A stretch of 64,000 nucleotides of DNA from NCBI GenBank assembly GCA_964016885.1, contig OZ024740.1, positions 248,062,001-248,126,000 of the forward strand. The letters run 5' to 3'. Made by a program: the position numbers and the translations under genes. The notes beneath the pieces were generated by a model. It was not told where the DNA came from. It searched no databases and saw only the letters and a list, made by a program, of their open reading frames with translations. Positions 51,264 through 63,990 of the stretch are shown one piece after another. Each line of letters opens with the position of its first letter. The stretch's first letter is position 1. The DNA comes from Eledone cirrhosa (lineage: Eukaryota).

Positions 51264-51727
51264 ATATGTATATTTATTAAAATAACAGATTAAAGTTTAA
51301 GCAAAAAATCGCTGCTTTCACCCTTAACGGGATCTTCTGAAACTAACAGAGTCAATCTGAGAACGCAGAAGTGAATATTTCAAAAAACGTTGCAACCAGA
51401 GGAAGACAGGAAGACGATACTTTGGTTCGTGGAAACGTTCCCTGGCAAAGAACGGGAAAAAACGAATATAATACGTCATTATTTGGAGCGGTGAAAAACA
51501 ATTACACACAAAGACAGAACCACGTTTATGGTATAATATGTATATATATATATATATATATAATATGTATATATATATATATATATATAATATGTATATA
51601 TATAATATGTATATATATATATATATATAATATGTATATATATATATATATATAATATGTATATATATATATATATATAATATGTATATATATATATATA
51701 TATAATATGTATATGTATATATATATA

Positions 51728-51764
<37 letters not shown>

Positions 51765-51847
51765 GTATATATATATATATATATATAAAAAAGTTTACAT
51801 ATATATATATATATATATAAAAAAGTTTACATATATATATATATATA

Positions 51848-52459
51848 TGGTGTGGCTGCCAACTCGTTTTCGAGTACGGCCACTACTTTACATGTAGGAG
51901 AACCCCCACCGATGCGCTGAACGAGTGTGAATTTTTAGTCCAGCCAGCGACTTGAAAACTCTGGTACAAACGCTACACTTGTGACAATTATTGACACATA
52001 GTGCTGGGCCCATGGTACATGTGATGACAAGTGCAGAGAGATCTCCAGATATAAAGCAATGCCTGTGCCGTGAAGCTTTTATAGTGAGCAAAGGCACTGC
52101 ACAAAGCCAGTCCCACTCTCTTAACCAAGATGATATTTACCAAAAAGAAGAACAAGTCAACATCATTGGATACCATCAGGGTTGCAGGTGTTACATCAGA
52201 GTTTTCCTTCTCCTAGAATTCTGCCTTGACAAAGGCTAAGGAGTCATCTCTTCCGGTGATTTTGGATGGCCATTGACTCTTAAGAGCTCCTTTGCCCTTT
52301 GACAGGTTTTGTTTTTAGTCCTGCAGGATGTCCAAAGTCACCCTCCTCACCAAGAAATCTTGGTGGGGTTGCCAGTTTAGTCGCCAACGACCCGACCATG
52401 AGACAGGTTGTACTGGGATACATGTTACCAGTAGCACCAACTGGTGACCTGGCATAACA
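51848..52459 (-). mobile_element. Bipartite RTE-type non-autonomous element, copy 2
   Basis: End-to-end homology with 38368-38962; (TA)n flanks. Confidence 0.65.
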
Positions 52460-52474
52460 TATATATATATATAC

Positions 52475-52507
<33 letters not shown>

Positions 52508-52520
52508 TACATATACACAC

Positions 52521-55500
52521 ATCATCATCATCATCATCATCATCAGGTTTAGCGTCCGTGTTCCACGCTTGCATGGGTTTGGACGGGGGTTTTCCCACTT
52601 GAGGCAAGAGTGGTTGTCTTGCTCGCATAGGACTGTCTGGCGGGTTTTCTACAGTTGGATGCCCTTCCTAACACCAACCACATTTACAGTGTGGGGCTGG
52701 GAGGTTTTTACCGTGTTGCCTACACGGCCACATTACAGCGTGGACTGTCTGGCGGGTTTTCTACAGCTGGATGCCCTTCCTAACACCAACCACATTTACA
52801 GTGTGGGGCTGGGAGGTTTTTACCGTGTTGCCTACACGGCCACATTTACAGCGTGGACTGTGTGTTTTTTGTCGTGACACCTACACGATCTCATTTGTTT
52901 CGGCCTGGATGTTGTGGGACCAACATAACTTTGCATTGAAAGGGGCGGTGTGGGTGGGGTGGAGGTGGTGGGACGGGGGTGTGTTTTGATAGAGATGCCT
53001 ACTGACTGTAGTAGGTTTTTACTTTGTATTTAGGTAAGGCGGGTCTTCTCTATTACTGAGTACCGCCAAAGGTCTCGGTCCAGTGACATTGTCTTGGAGA
53101 GGTGTAAGCGTGTGAGGTCGGAATTTATCAGCTCGTCCCATGTTTTTCTGGGTCTGCCTACTCTGTGGCTACCGTCTATCTTTATTGCCCTGCACTTTGT
53201 TATACAGCTGTCGTCTTTCATGCGCATCACGTGACCGTACCAACGTAGCCTTCTCTCGAGTAAACAACATCTGATCCCTCTTATTTCTAATTTTTTCCTT
53301 AGTTCGTTTATGCTTTGCCGTTCACGTATATTACTATTGCACATCCAGCGGAGCATGCAAGCTTCGTTCCTCTCTAGTCTGCGTATATCCTCTGCACACA
53401 ATGCCCAGGTCTCACTGCCATGCAGCATTGCTGTTCGTATGCAGGCATCGTATAACCTGCCTTTCATTTTTAGGGAGAACCCTCTAGCGGCTAATAGTGG
53501 TATAAGCTCTCTGAACTTTTTCCATCCAGTTCTGACTCTAGCTACTGTACTTTCAGAGCACCCTCCCCCACTGCTGATTTTGTCACCCAGATAACGGAAG
53601 CTGTCCACTATTTCTATAGAACCCTCTGCGCAGTTGAAGGAGCTAGTATTTTGTGGGCACTTGCTGCTACTTATTGCACCAGAGCACCGGCCACATGTAA
53701 AATCTATGTTCTTAGTTAGCTTACCTGTGATCCCACTACATCTTTTATGCACCCATACTTTGCATTTGGGACATAAAATGGAGTTTCTACCTACGCCTTT
53801 CCTACACACTGAGCATGGCCATTTCCCCGATGGGACCGCCGCCTTATTTTCTTTCCTACAAACTAGAACTTTAGTCTTAGCCAGGTTAATTTTAAGGCCT
53901 TTTGATTCTAGGCCGTGCTTCCACGTTTGGAATTTCTTCTCTAGTTCGGTCATTGATTCAGCTATGAGCGTTAGATCATCTGCGTATAGGAGTTCCCATG
54001 GGCAGCCGGTCTTGAACTCCACTGTTATAGCCTGGAGGGCAATAGTAAATAGTAGGGGGCTAAGAACAGAGCCCTGATGAACACCAACTTTTACACTAAA
54101 CTCTTCACTATATTCGTTGTTAATTCTAACCTTACTGACTGTTTCTTTATACATGGCTTGTATAGCTCTCACAAGCCATTCGTCAACACCTAGTTTTCTA
54201 AGAGACCACCAGATAATGGAACGGGGGAGTCTGTCGAAGGCTTTCTCCAAGTCGACGAAAGCTAAGTATAGGGGTTTACTTTTAGCTAGGTACTTCTCCT
54301 GTAGTTGTCGTACAATGAAAAGAGCGTCTGTGGTACTTTTGCCTGATACAAACCCGAACTGCATTTCATCTAGATCAATTCTCTCTCTGATTAGTTGCGC
54401 TATTACTTTTTCCGTGACCTTCATGACCTGGTCGATTAATTTAATGCCTCTATAGTTACTCCTATCTAGGGCATCTCCTTTTCCCTTATAGCAGTTAACG
54501 ATGATGCTGCTACGCCATTCCTTCGGAACAACCCCATTCTGTACGACTTGGTTAACTATCCGGGTGACCATGGTGTGTCCCACCGAACCAGATGCCTTCA
54601 GCATCTCAGCAACTATTTCCGAAGGCCCAGCCGCCTTACCCGTCTTCATATCTTTGATTGCCTTACTTATTATACTACCTTCAACTAATACTGCTGGTCC
54701 CTCTATTGGATCGATCTGGGGGAGACTGTCTTTCTCCCATTTGTTCTCCTCATTTAGAAGCCTTTCGTAGTGACACTTCCAAGCTACCTTCTTATCAGCG
54801 TCGGTGATGGCAAGTATGCCATCATCGTTAAGTACACACTTCTCCCCGACAATATCACGGTTTTCCTTGACACATTGCCTGGCAATCCTGAACACCTCAC
54901 GTTTTTGGTCCTCACGTTGTAGAACATGCTTGAACTTTCTTTCCTCTGCTTCCCTTCTTGCGAAGTACACTTGTCTCCTAGCTTCCCTCCTGGCCACTTG
55001 ATAGTCTTCTCTACTTCTCCCATCCCGCCATACTTTCCAAGCCTGCTTTTTGGCCTTAATTGACTCCTCCACCTTACTGTTCCACCACCATGTTACTCTC
55101 CTCCTACCTACAGGCCTGCTGCAGCCACAGACTTCGTCTGCCGCCGTCAGCAGGTTTGCTCTCAGGAATTCCCACTGTTCCTCTATATTATACGACTCTA
55201 ATTGCTCTTCCTTACTGTCGAAAGCGTCAAGTAATATGCTTTGAAATTTATTTCTGGCTATGGGGTCCTTTAGCTTCCATATTTTTCTCCTGAGGATAGT
55301 CCTCTTCCGCTGTCTAGTACGTCTCGTCCTGACTATGAGGTCGCTAATTATCAGTCTATGTTGGGAGGTGAATTCTTCATGGGGGTGGGATTTAGTGTTA
55401 ACAACAGACACTCTGTCACGTCTTCTGGTAAGGATATAATCTACCTGGCTTGTGTGTTCCCCCGATCTATAGGTGATCAAGTGATTGTCTCGTTTTTTGA

Positions 55501-56044
55501 AGTTAGTGTTACAGATAGTTAAGTTATTTGCGTCGCAGAATTCCAGGATTCTGGAGCCTTCCTCATTTCTAGTACCGAACCCATAGCCTCCATGGATTCC
55601 GTCATAGCCGTCATAATATTGTCCAACGTGACCATTTAGGTCGCCTGCAATAACTATATAGTCACTGTCGGTTATTTGGGAGGTAGCGAGCATCAGTGTC
55701 TCGTAGAATCTGTCTTTTATAGCGCGGGGCAGTCCGGATCGGGGTGCGTACGCAGATATTACTGTCACCGTAGTTTTATTGAGGACAAGTCTTATTATAA
55801 TTATTCTGTCGTTCACTCTATTTACGTCTATTATCTTATCTGCCCACTTTTCTGCTACCATGATTCCTACCCCACCCAACCCATTGTCATTTCCCACCCA
55901 GAAAAGCTTATAGCATCGTTCTTTACCCACGATGAATCTAGCCGACCCTCCCCTCCACCTGGTCTCTTGAATACAACAAACATCGACCTCCTTACGTTCA
56001 AGCATTTCTACAACCTCGTTAGAGCGACCCTTTAAGGTGCCTAC
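52521..56044 (-). mobile_element. RTE LINE (subfamily C) with uninterrupted ORF, 5'-truncated at the start of the APE domain
   Basis: Open frame from VGTLKGRSNE to the stop at 53030, with APE, RT (YADD) and PHD. The predicted N-terminal 22 aa are microsatellite. (GAT)n tail. Confidence 0.95.
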
Positions 56045-56117
56045 ATATATATATATATACATATACATACACACAAACATATATACACACATACATACAC
56101 ACACATACATACATATA

Positions 56118-56511
56118 TGGTGGCTGCCAACTCGTTTTCGAGTACGGCCACTACCTTATATCCATGTAGGAGAACCCCTACCGGTGCGCTGAACGAGTGT
56201 GACTTTTTAGTCCAGCGACTTGAAAACTCTGGTACAAACACTACACTTGTGACAATTATTGACACACAGTGCTGGGCCCATGGTACCATGTGACGACAAG
56301 TGCAGAGAGATCTCCAGATATAAAGCAATGCCTGTGCCGTGAAGCTTTTATAGTGAGCAAAGGCACTGCACAAAGCCAGTCCCACTCTCTTAACCAGATG
56401 ATATTTACCAAAAAGAAGAACAAGTCAACATCATTGGATACCATCAGGGTTGCAGGTGTTATATCAGAGTTTTCCTTCTAGAATTCTGCCTTGACAAAGG
56501 CTAAGGGGTCA
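56118..56511 (-). mobile_element. Bipartite RTE-type element, 5'-truncated copy 3
   Basis: Same 3' end (gagttggcagccacca) as the other copies, shorter at the 5' end. Confidence 0.65.
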
Positions 56512-56891
56512 TATGTTGATTTATATATATGTTGATATATATACATACATACATACATATACGTGTTTTGCAACGGGTCAATTTGTGGCTCAATGAAAAG
56601 TTAATAAATTAAATAATCAGAGCTATATATCATAAAACATGTCTAGAGAATCACCAGATAAAATATATACCATTTCCTCTCCCAATTAGCACAATTACGC
56701 TGTCGAAATATTCGATAAATATTCCGCCGCGGCCGACGCGAAGCGCTAGTCTCGGTTATTTGTTGGAGATTTCTTCATAGAAGCCTCATTCTTATAGCCT
56801 GGTCTATTCGATTTTTTATATAGTTAATTATGCTAATTGGCAGAGGAAATGGTATATATTTTATCTTGTGATTCTATAGACATGTTTTATG

Positions 56892-56922
<31 letters not shown>

Positions 56923-56995
56923 TATATAATATGTATATATATATATATAATATGTATATATATATATATATATAATATGTATATATATATATATA

Positions 56996-57026
<31 letters not shown>

Positions 57027-57062
57027 ATATGTATATATATATATGTATATATATATAATATG

Positions 57063-57096
<34 letters not shown>

Positions 57097-57101
57097 ATAT
57101 G

Positions 57102-57133
<32 letters not shown>

Positions 57134-57144
57134 TATATAATATG

Positions 57145-57176
<32 letters not shown>

Positions 57177-57212
57177 TATATAATATGTATATATATATAT
57201 GTATATATATAA

Positions 57213-60095
57213 TGTAGGAGGTGAGTTTTATTGTAGTACAATAAAGCAATGCAGATATCGGATAAGAAGCACTCTACAGTTTGTGGGACTGGAGTATGCA
57301 TAATATAAGATCAAAAGATGGTTAAAGGAGTTCCATATATTTTATTATGCGCATTTCAAAAACAAACATCATCAAGCAATAATATTTGTGTTTTCATCAG
57401 ATAAAACAGGAGAACATGATATGAAGGCTAAAAAAACACTTGTTGATAGTGCAGTTTTAAATCAACATATGAAAAGTGGTTTTAGATTGATGTGTGATAT
57501 TGGGAAAAATATTTTATTTAGAGAGGGGGGGGGAGGATGAAAAGGGAAGGAGATGAGAGGGAGAGATGGGTGATAGAGAGAAAGAGATAGTTTTTATAAC
57601 TGAGAGGAGATATATTTTTTACATAGAGGGGTTGAAAACCGTTGGAAGATACTGTATAAATTAAAAATTTTGAAAATTAACGAAGGGAGGATATGTGCGA
57701 GGAAAAAATATTTTATTTAGGGAGGGGGGGGGGAGGATGAAAAAAAGGGGGGAGGAGATGAGAGTGAAGGTGGAGAGGGAGAGATGGGTGATAGAGAGGA
57801 AGAGATAGTTTTTATAACTGAGAAAAAGATATATTGTTTTAATATAGAGAGGTTGGGAACCGTTGGAAGATAATGTATAAATTAAAGGAATTTGAAAATT
57901 AACGAAGGGAAATTATGTATGAAGATAGAGAGAAAAAAATAATAATTGTGGGTGAATATTCTAACGTCAAAAGAAGAAATGTATGTATTGTGGCAATTTC
58001 AAAATTAGCGAAGAGAAAAATTGTTAAGGTTTGTGTGTAGAAGGATTTGAGAAAAATAATGTGAAGTTAAAGTTTGTATATTGAATTGATATGTATTAAT
58101 AATGAGTTCGTTGATGGGGAGAAAAAAATAATAATAAATTAAGGATGAAATTGAGATTAAAAAGATTTATGATAGAGAGAAAAAATAATAATGATTGCGG
58201 ATGAATATTCAAAATGTCAAAAACAAATGTTATTTTACGAGAAGATAGAATGAGGGTAATGAGTAAACGAGTATTATAGAGTGTATAATGCCCTTTAAAG
58301 TAAGGTAGATGGGTATATTTTAAAGAGGTGTATGTATATGTGCCTTTGAGAAAAGATTCTAAATTGATAAAGAATTGAATATTAACTGTATACTTTGTGA
58401 AAAGTTCTATGGAATTTATGCAGGCAGATAGAAAACAAATCTGAGCGTCTATTTATTATAGATTCTAGGTTAGAGATAATGGTAAATTTTTCATTTAGGC
58501 AGAGATTACAGATTTTAGATAGAGAGCTGTTCAAGTATGAGGATGCAGAAGAAATCTTTTTCCAAAAGATGTTATATTTAATGTTTTTGTCTTTTAAGGA
58601 CCATATGAGTTCTGAGAGAGCAGTGTTAGTTCTTTTAAGTTTGTATTTGAAAGATGAATTATGATTATAGAGACGAGCTTTAAAAGAGGTGGAAGTGGAG
58701 CCAAAATAGGTGAAGGAATTGGTGCTAGTTATAATTTTACATTCATAAATTAAGTTTTTATCGAGGCAATGGTTGTTGAGAGGACATTTATTTTTAATGC
58801 GGCAGTTGCAATTAGAGAGATTATTAATGAGTGATCTAGTGTTATCTATAGAAGGAATTGGATTGGAGAAGTTGTTTGCGATAGGAATAATAGGAATAAT
58901 AGTTTCTTGATTTAGAGTTGGATTATGAACATTTAGCGAAGTTGTGTTTGACGTTGTATTTGGGTTTACAGAAGTTTGCCTAGGGTTTACAATGACGTCG
59001 GGAGTACTATTACTGTTATTATGAAATTCAATATTGGAAGGAAGAGATTTAGTATTTAATATTTTGTTGTTGTGTTTAGAGATGATGTTGGAAATATTGG
59101 AGGATGTAGAATACGAAAATTTGATGGTGTGTTTGTTAAATATTTTACTATAGATATGTGAGGGAGGGAAGCATTTATTTAAGGCACTAAAAAATAATTT
59201 AGGAATATTGTTATTAATAGAGATGGAGAAAGGAGCATTATACCAGATTATGTTTTTGTATCTAGGTCTTTTATTAAAATTATTGGAATGGTCATGATTA
59301 ATTATTCTACTGTAAGTTTTCCTAGAATTTGTTTCTTTATTATATTTGATTTTATCTGGATAGCCGGCTTTAGAAAGTGCGTTATTATAGTAATTGGCGT
59401 TAGCATCAAAGATGTTTTTATTAGAAGATATGTTAGATATTCTATTTCCAATATTATTAACTATAGCATTCTTGATATTGGTAGGATGGTTAGATTTAAA
59501 GTTAACATAATTAAGATTCTCATTGTTTTTATGGTAAGGGTAATATAGGCCAGTGTCAAGATTAAGAGATACATCCAAGAAATTAGCTAGTTTGATACTA
59601 TTATCAAATTCAATTTTTAGGTTATGTTGGTTAAAGAGATTACGTATATTGTTCTTAATAATATTAAGTTTAACTATATTGCAATTTAGGATAGTAAAGA
59701 GTCCATCGTCACGATAAATTCCACCGCGAAGTTGAGGAATTTTCCGACTCAAAGAGTTCAAAATGAAGATACCAATTAAATCAGTCAATTGGGATGAATC
59801 GGATGCTCCCATTGTGATGTCGAAGTTGTTAGAGGTATCGGCTCTGGTCCAATATTCGTTGTTGAACTCTAGGATGGTTTTACGTGCGGTGAGGATGATG
59901 TGAAGTTCATCTGTGGTGATGTCAGAATATTTAAGTGCGAAAGATAGAGCATTATTGAGAAGTGAAGGCGAAATGGAGGAATAGTAGCTGGCAATATCGA
60001 TTGAATAAATTTTAGTTTGTTTTTATTATCCAATTTGTTGAACCAGCCAATCACTTCAGAAGTACCAAACCATAAATTTAGGTTTAAAGAAGAGC
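57213..60095 (-). mobile_element. 5'-truncated Penelope-like element (Nematis-like), RT plus GIY-YIG, long 3'UTR and terminal HHR
   Basis: ORF 58382-59812: MGASDSSQ, GGIYRDDG, FLDV, CNCRIKNKCPLNNHCL..IY..YFG..FKARLYNH. Embedded in (TA)n arrays. Confidence 0.92.
57338..57408 (-). ncRNA. Minimal type I hammerhead ribozyme
   Basis: ttttat-CTGATGA-aaacacaaat..tttgttttt-GAAA-tgcgca-TA-ataaaa. Confidence 0.8.
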
Positions 60096-60096
<1 letters not shown>

Positions 60097-60162
<66 letters not shown>

Positions 60163-60225
60163 GTATATATATATGTATATATATATATAATATGTATATA
60201 TATATATGTATATATATATAATATG

Positions 60226-60277
<52 letters not shown>

Positions 60278-60302
60278 GTATATATATATATATATATATA
60301 TA

Positions 60303-60343
<41 letters not shown>

Positions 60344-60393
60344 GTATATATATATATATATATATAATATGTATATATATATATATATATATA

Positions 60394-60424
<31 letters not shown>

Positions 60425-60453
60425 ATATGTATATATATATATATATGTATATA

Positions 60454-60497
<44 letters not shown>

Positions 60498-60651
60498 GTA
60501 TATATATATATTATGTATATATATATATGTATATATATATATATGTATATATATATATGTATATATATATATATGTATATATAATATGTATATATATATA
60601 TGATATATATATATTTATAATATGTATATGTATATATATATATATAATATG

Positions 60652-60715
<64 letters not shown>

Positions 60716-60746
60716 GTATATATATATATGTATATATATATATATG

Positions 60747-60797
<51 letters not shown>

Positions 60798-60822
60798 GTA
60801 TATATATATATATGTATATATA

Positions 60823-60863
<41 letters not shown>

Positions 60864-60876
60864 ATATGTATATATA

Positions 60877-60928
<52 letters not shown>

Positions 60929-60950
60929 GTATATATATATATATAATATG

Positions 60951-60983
<33 letters not shown>

Positions 60984-61053
60984 GTATATATATATATATA
61001 ATATGTATATATATATATATATATAATATGTATATATATATATATATAATATG

Positions 61054-61112
<59 letters not shown>

Positions 61113-61125
61113 ATATATATATATA

Positions 61126-61202
<77 letters not shown>

Positions 61203-61204
61203 TA

Positions 61205-61276
<72 letters not shown>

Positions 61277-61280
61277 TGTA
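60097..61280. repeat. ~1.2-kb compound (TA)n/TAATATG/TATG microsatellite (related arrays at 14332-14610, 51533-51847, 56888-57212)
   Basis: Visible directly in the sequence. Confidence 0.97.
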
Positions 61281-63721
61281 TAAAAAATAACTTACTAGAG
61301 GCGACGGATGAGGTTTGTGGCTGGAGTAAGACCTCAAGCAGGAGGAGAGTGACTTGGTGGTGGAACAATAAGGTAGATGAAGCAGTCAAGGCCAAGAGAC
61401 AGGCATGGAAAGAATGGAAGAACGGGGGGAGCAGGGTACATTACATAGAGACCAAGAGGGAAGCTAGGCGACAAGTATACTTAGCTAGGAGGGAAGCAGA
61501 GGATAGAAAATTCAAGCATGTTTTACAACGTGAGGACCAGAAACAGGAGGTATTCAAGATTGCGAGGCAGTGTGTCAGAGATAGTTGTGATGTCATTGGA
61601 GAGAAGTGTATCCGGAATGATAAAGGTGAGCTTGCCCTCACAAGTGCTGAGAAGAAAGATGCATGGAAGAGTCATTATGATAGATTACTAAATGAGGAGA
61701 ATGCATGGGAAGAAGAGACCCTACCCCACGTAGACCCTATAGAGGGACCAGCAGTACAAGTCAGCGGCAGCGTAGTAAGTAAGGCAATCAGAGATATGAA
61801 GATAGGGAAGGCAACCGGTCCATCGGGTATAGCTGCCGAGATGCTGAAGGCATCTGGGTCTGTAGGTCACACTATAACCACACGTATCGTTAACCAGGTA
61901 ATACTAGAGGGGGCCATACCAAAAGATTGGTGCAGTAGCATCATTGTCAACTGCTACAAAGGTAAAGGCGATGCACTAGATAGAGGAAACTATAGAGGTA
62001 TAAAGTTGATGGACCAGGTCATGAAAGTAACAGAAAGAGTTATAGCACAGCTGATTAGGGACCGGGTGAATATAGACGAGATGCAATTTGGGTTTGTACC
62101 AGGGAAAGGCACCACTGATGCGCTCTTCCTTGTGAGGCAATTACAGGAAAAGTACCTAGCTAAAAGTAAGCCACTCTACTTGGCATTTGTCGACCTTGAG
62201 AAAGCCTTTGACAGAGTTCCACGTGCAGTAATCTGGTGGGCTCTTAGAAAACTAGGAGTAGATGAATGGCTTGTGAAAGCGGTACAAGCCATGTATAGGG
62301 GAGCAGTCAGCAAAGTTAGGATTGGCAATGAGTATAGCGAGGAATTTAGCGTACAGGTTGGGGTCCACCAGGGCTCTGTTCTTAGCCCTCTCCTGTTCAT
62401 CATAGTCCTGCAGGCAATAACGGAGGAGTTTAAGACCGGATGCCCATGGGAACTCCTGTATGCTGATGACCTCGCACTCATAGCTGAATCTATGGTAGAA
62501 CTAGAGAATAAATTCCAAACCTGGAAGCAGGGACTAGAGAGAAAGGGCCTCAAAGTCAACATGACAAAGACTAAGGTCCTTATAAGTAGACGAGAAAACA
62601 GAACCCAGATCCCCTCAGGGAAATGGCCTTGCTCAGTATGTAGGAAAGGTGTAGGTAGGAACTCCATTCTCTGCCCCAAATGCAAACAATGGGTACACAA
62701 GAGATGTAGCGGGATCTCAGGAAGCTTAATTAAGAATGTAGGATTCACATGCAGCAGCTGTGCTGAAACAGCAAGCAAACAGCCACAGGAAACAAGTACC
62801 ACCAATCTCTGGGAGGGCCCTGTAGAAACAGTAGACAGCTTCTGCTACCTAGGTGACCGAATTAGCAACGGAGGTGGGTGCTCAGAAAGTACAATAACTA
62901 GGGTAAGAACGGGATGGAAGAAGTTTAGGGAACTACTACCACTGCTAGCTGCAAAAGGCTTCTCCCTCAGAATGAAAGGCAGACTGTATGATGCGTGTAT
63001 CCGAACAGCGATGTTGCATGGTAGTGAGACCTGGGCGCTGAAGGTGGAAGACTTACGTAGATTAGAGAGAAACGAAGCCTGCATGCTCCGATGGATGTGT
63101 AACAGTAATATACGTGAACGACAAAGCATAAATGAATTGAGAGAGAGACTGAGCATAAGAGGAATCAAATGCTGCGTGCAGGAGAGGCGGTTACGCTGGT
63201 ATGGACATGTGATGCGTATGAAGGATGACAGCTGCATAAAAAGGTGCAGAGCACTAGAAGTTGATGGAAACCGCGGAGTGGGGAGACCCAAGATGACCTG
63301 GGATGAGGTGATAAAAGCCGACCTTACCCAACTACACCTCTCAAAGTCAATGACACACGACCGTGACTTCTGGCGTCACGCAGTAATACAGGGTACCCGA
63401 CCTCCCATGGGTACATGCTGAAGCATATAAACAATATGCCCCCCCCCCCCACCGCAAGGTGGTCGTGGAGGTGCCACGGCAAAAAAGCACCCAGCCCACA
63501 CTGTAAAGTGGACGTGTAGGCGCCACGAAAAAGCACCCAGCACTCACTGTAAATGAGGTTGGTGTTAGGAAGGGCATCCAGCTGTAGAAATCAAGCCAGA
63601 TCAGTTCCTGTATGAGCAAGGCATGGTCAGCCGACCAGACACTGCCTATAACAGGACAACCCGTCTAACCCATGCTAGCGTGGAAGAACGGACGTAAAAC
63701 GGTGATGATGATGATGATGAT
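61281..63721 (+). mobile_element. 5'-truncated RTE LINE (subfamily A) with open RT-PHD ORF
   Basis: Almost identical to 28432-30870; open to the stop at 63421; (GAT)n then (TA)n. Confidence 0.95.
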
Positions 63722-63901
63722 ATATATATATATATATATATATACATATTATATAATATGTAGATATATATATATAATATGTATATATATATATATATAT
63801 GAATATAGACATAGAATATTCGAAAATATTCTGTATGTTTATAATAAACATTTTGAAGACCTAATCGCTATAGAATAGAATACGTCACGTATTACAATTA
63901 G

Positions 63902-63990
63902 ATTCTCGATAAAAGCAAGGGAAGTAATCTACGCGTTTCATTCTTGTTAGAATTCATCAGGACTACATATCCAGTGCTTTTATCGAGAAT
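63902..63990 (-). ncRNA. Canonical minimal type I hammerhead with extended stem I (terminus of a PLE continuing beyond the window)
   Basis: gtagtc-CTGATGA-attct/aaca/agaat-GAAA-cgcg-TA-gattac, enclosed by a perfect 16-bp helix (63902-63917 with 63975-63990). Confidence 0.88.

Noticed and set aside
52300-52459. HDV-like ribozyme at the 5' end of the bipartite RTE element (ggtcacc...ggtgact could form P1)
   Set aside because: I could not place P3/L3, P1.1 or P2 in the required order by eye. A descriptor search would be needed.
56540-56880. GC-rich patch ending in gcgCTAG as another Helitron end
   Set aside because: It does not match the family's terminal hairpin and no 5' TC end was found, so it is left unassigned.
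31839-59812. Selenocysteine-encoding (Naiad-type) PLEs
   Set aside because: The endonucleases here are C-terminal, and I saw no in-frame TGA at conserved Cys positions. Breaks look like ordinary frameshifts.
60237-61395. Long Y/I/H-rich ORFs (also near 14243-14863, 39446-39700, 56861-57301)
   Set aside because: These are translations of (TA)n/(CA)n microsatellites, not genes.
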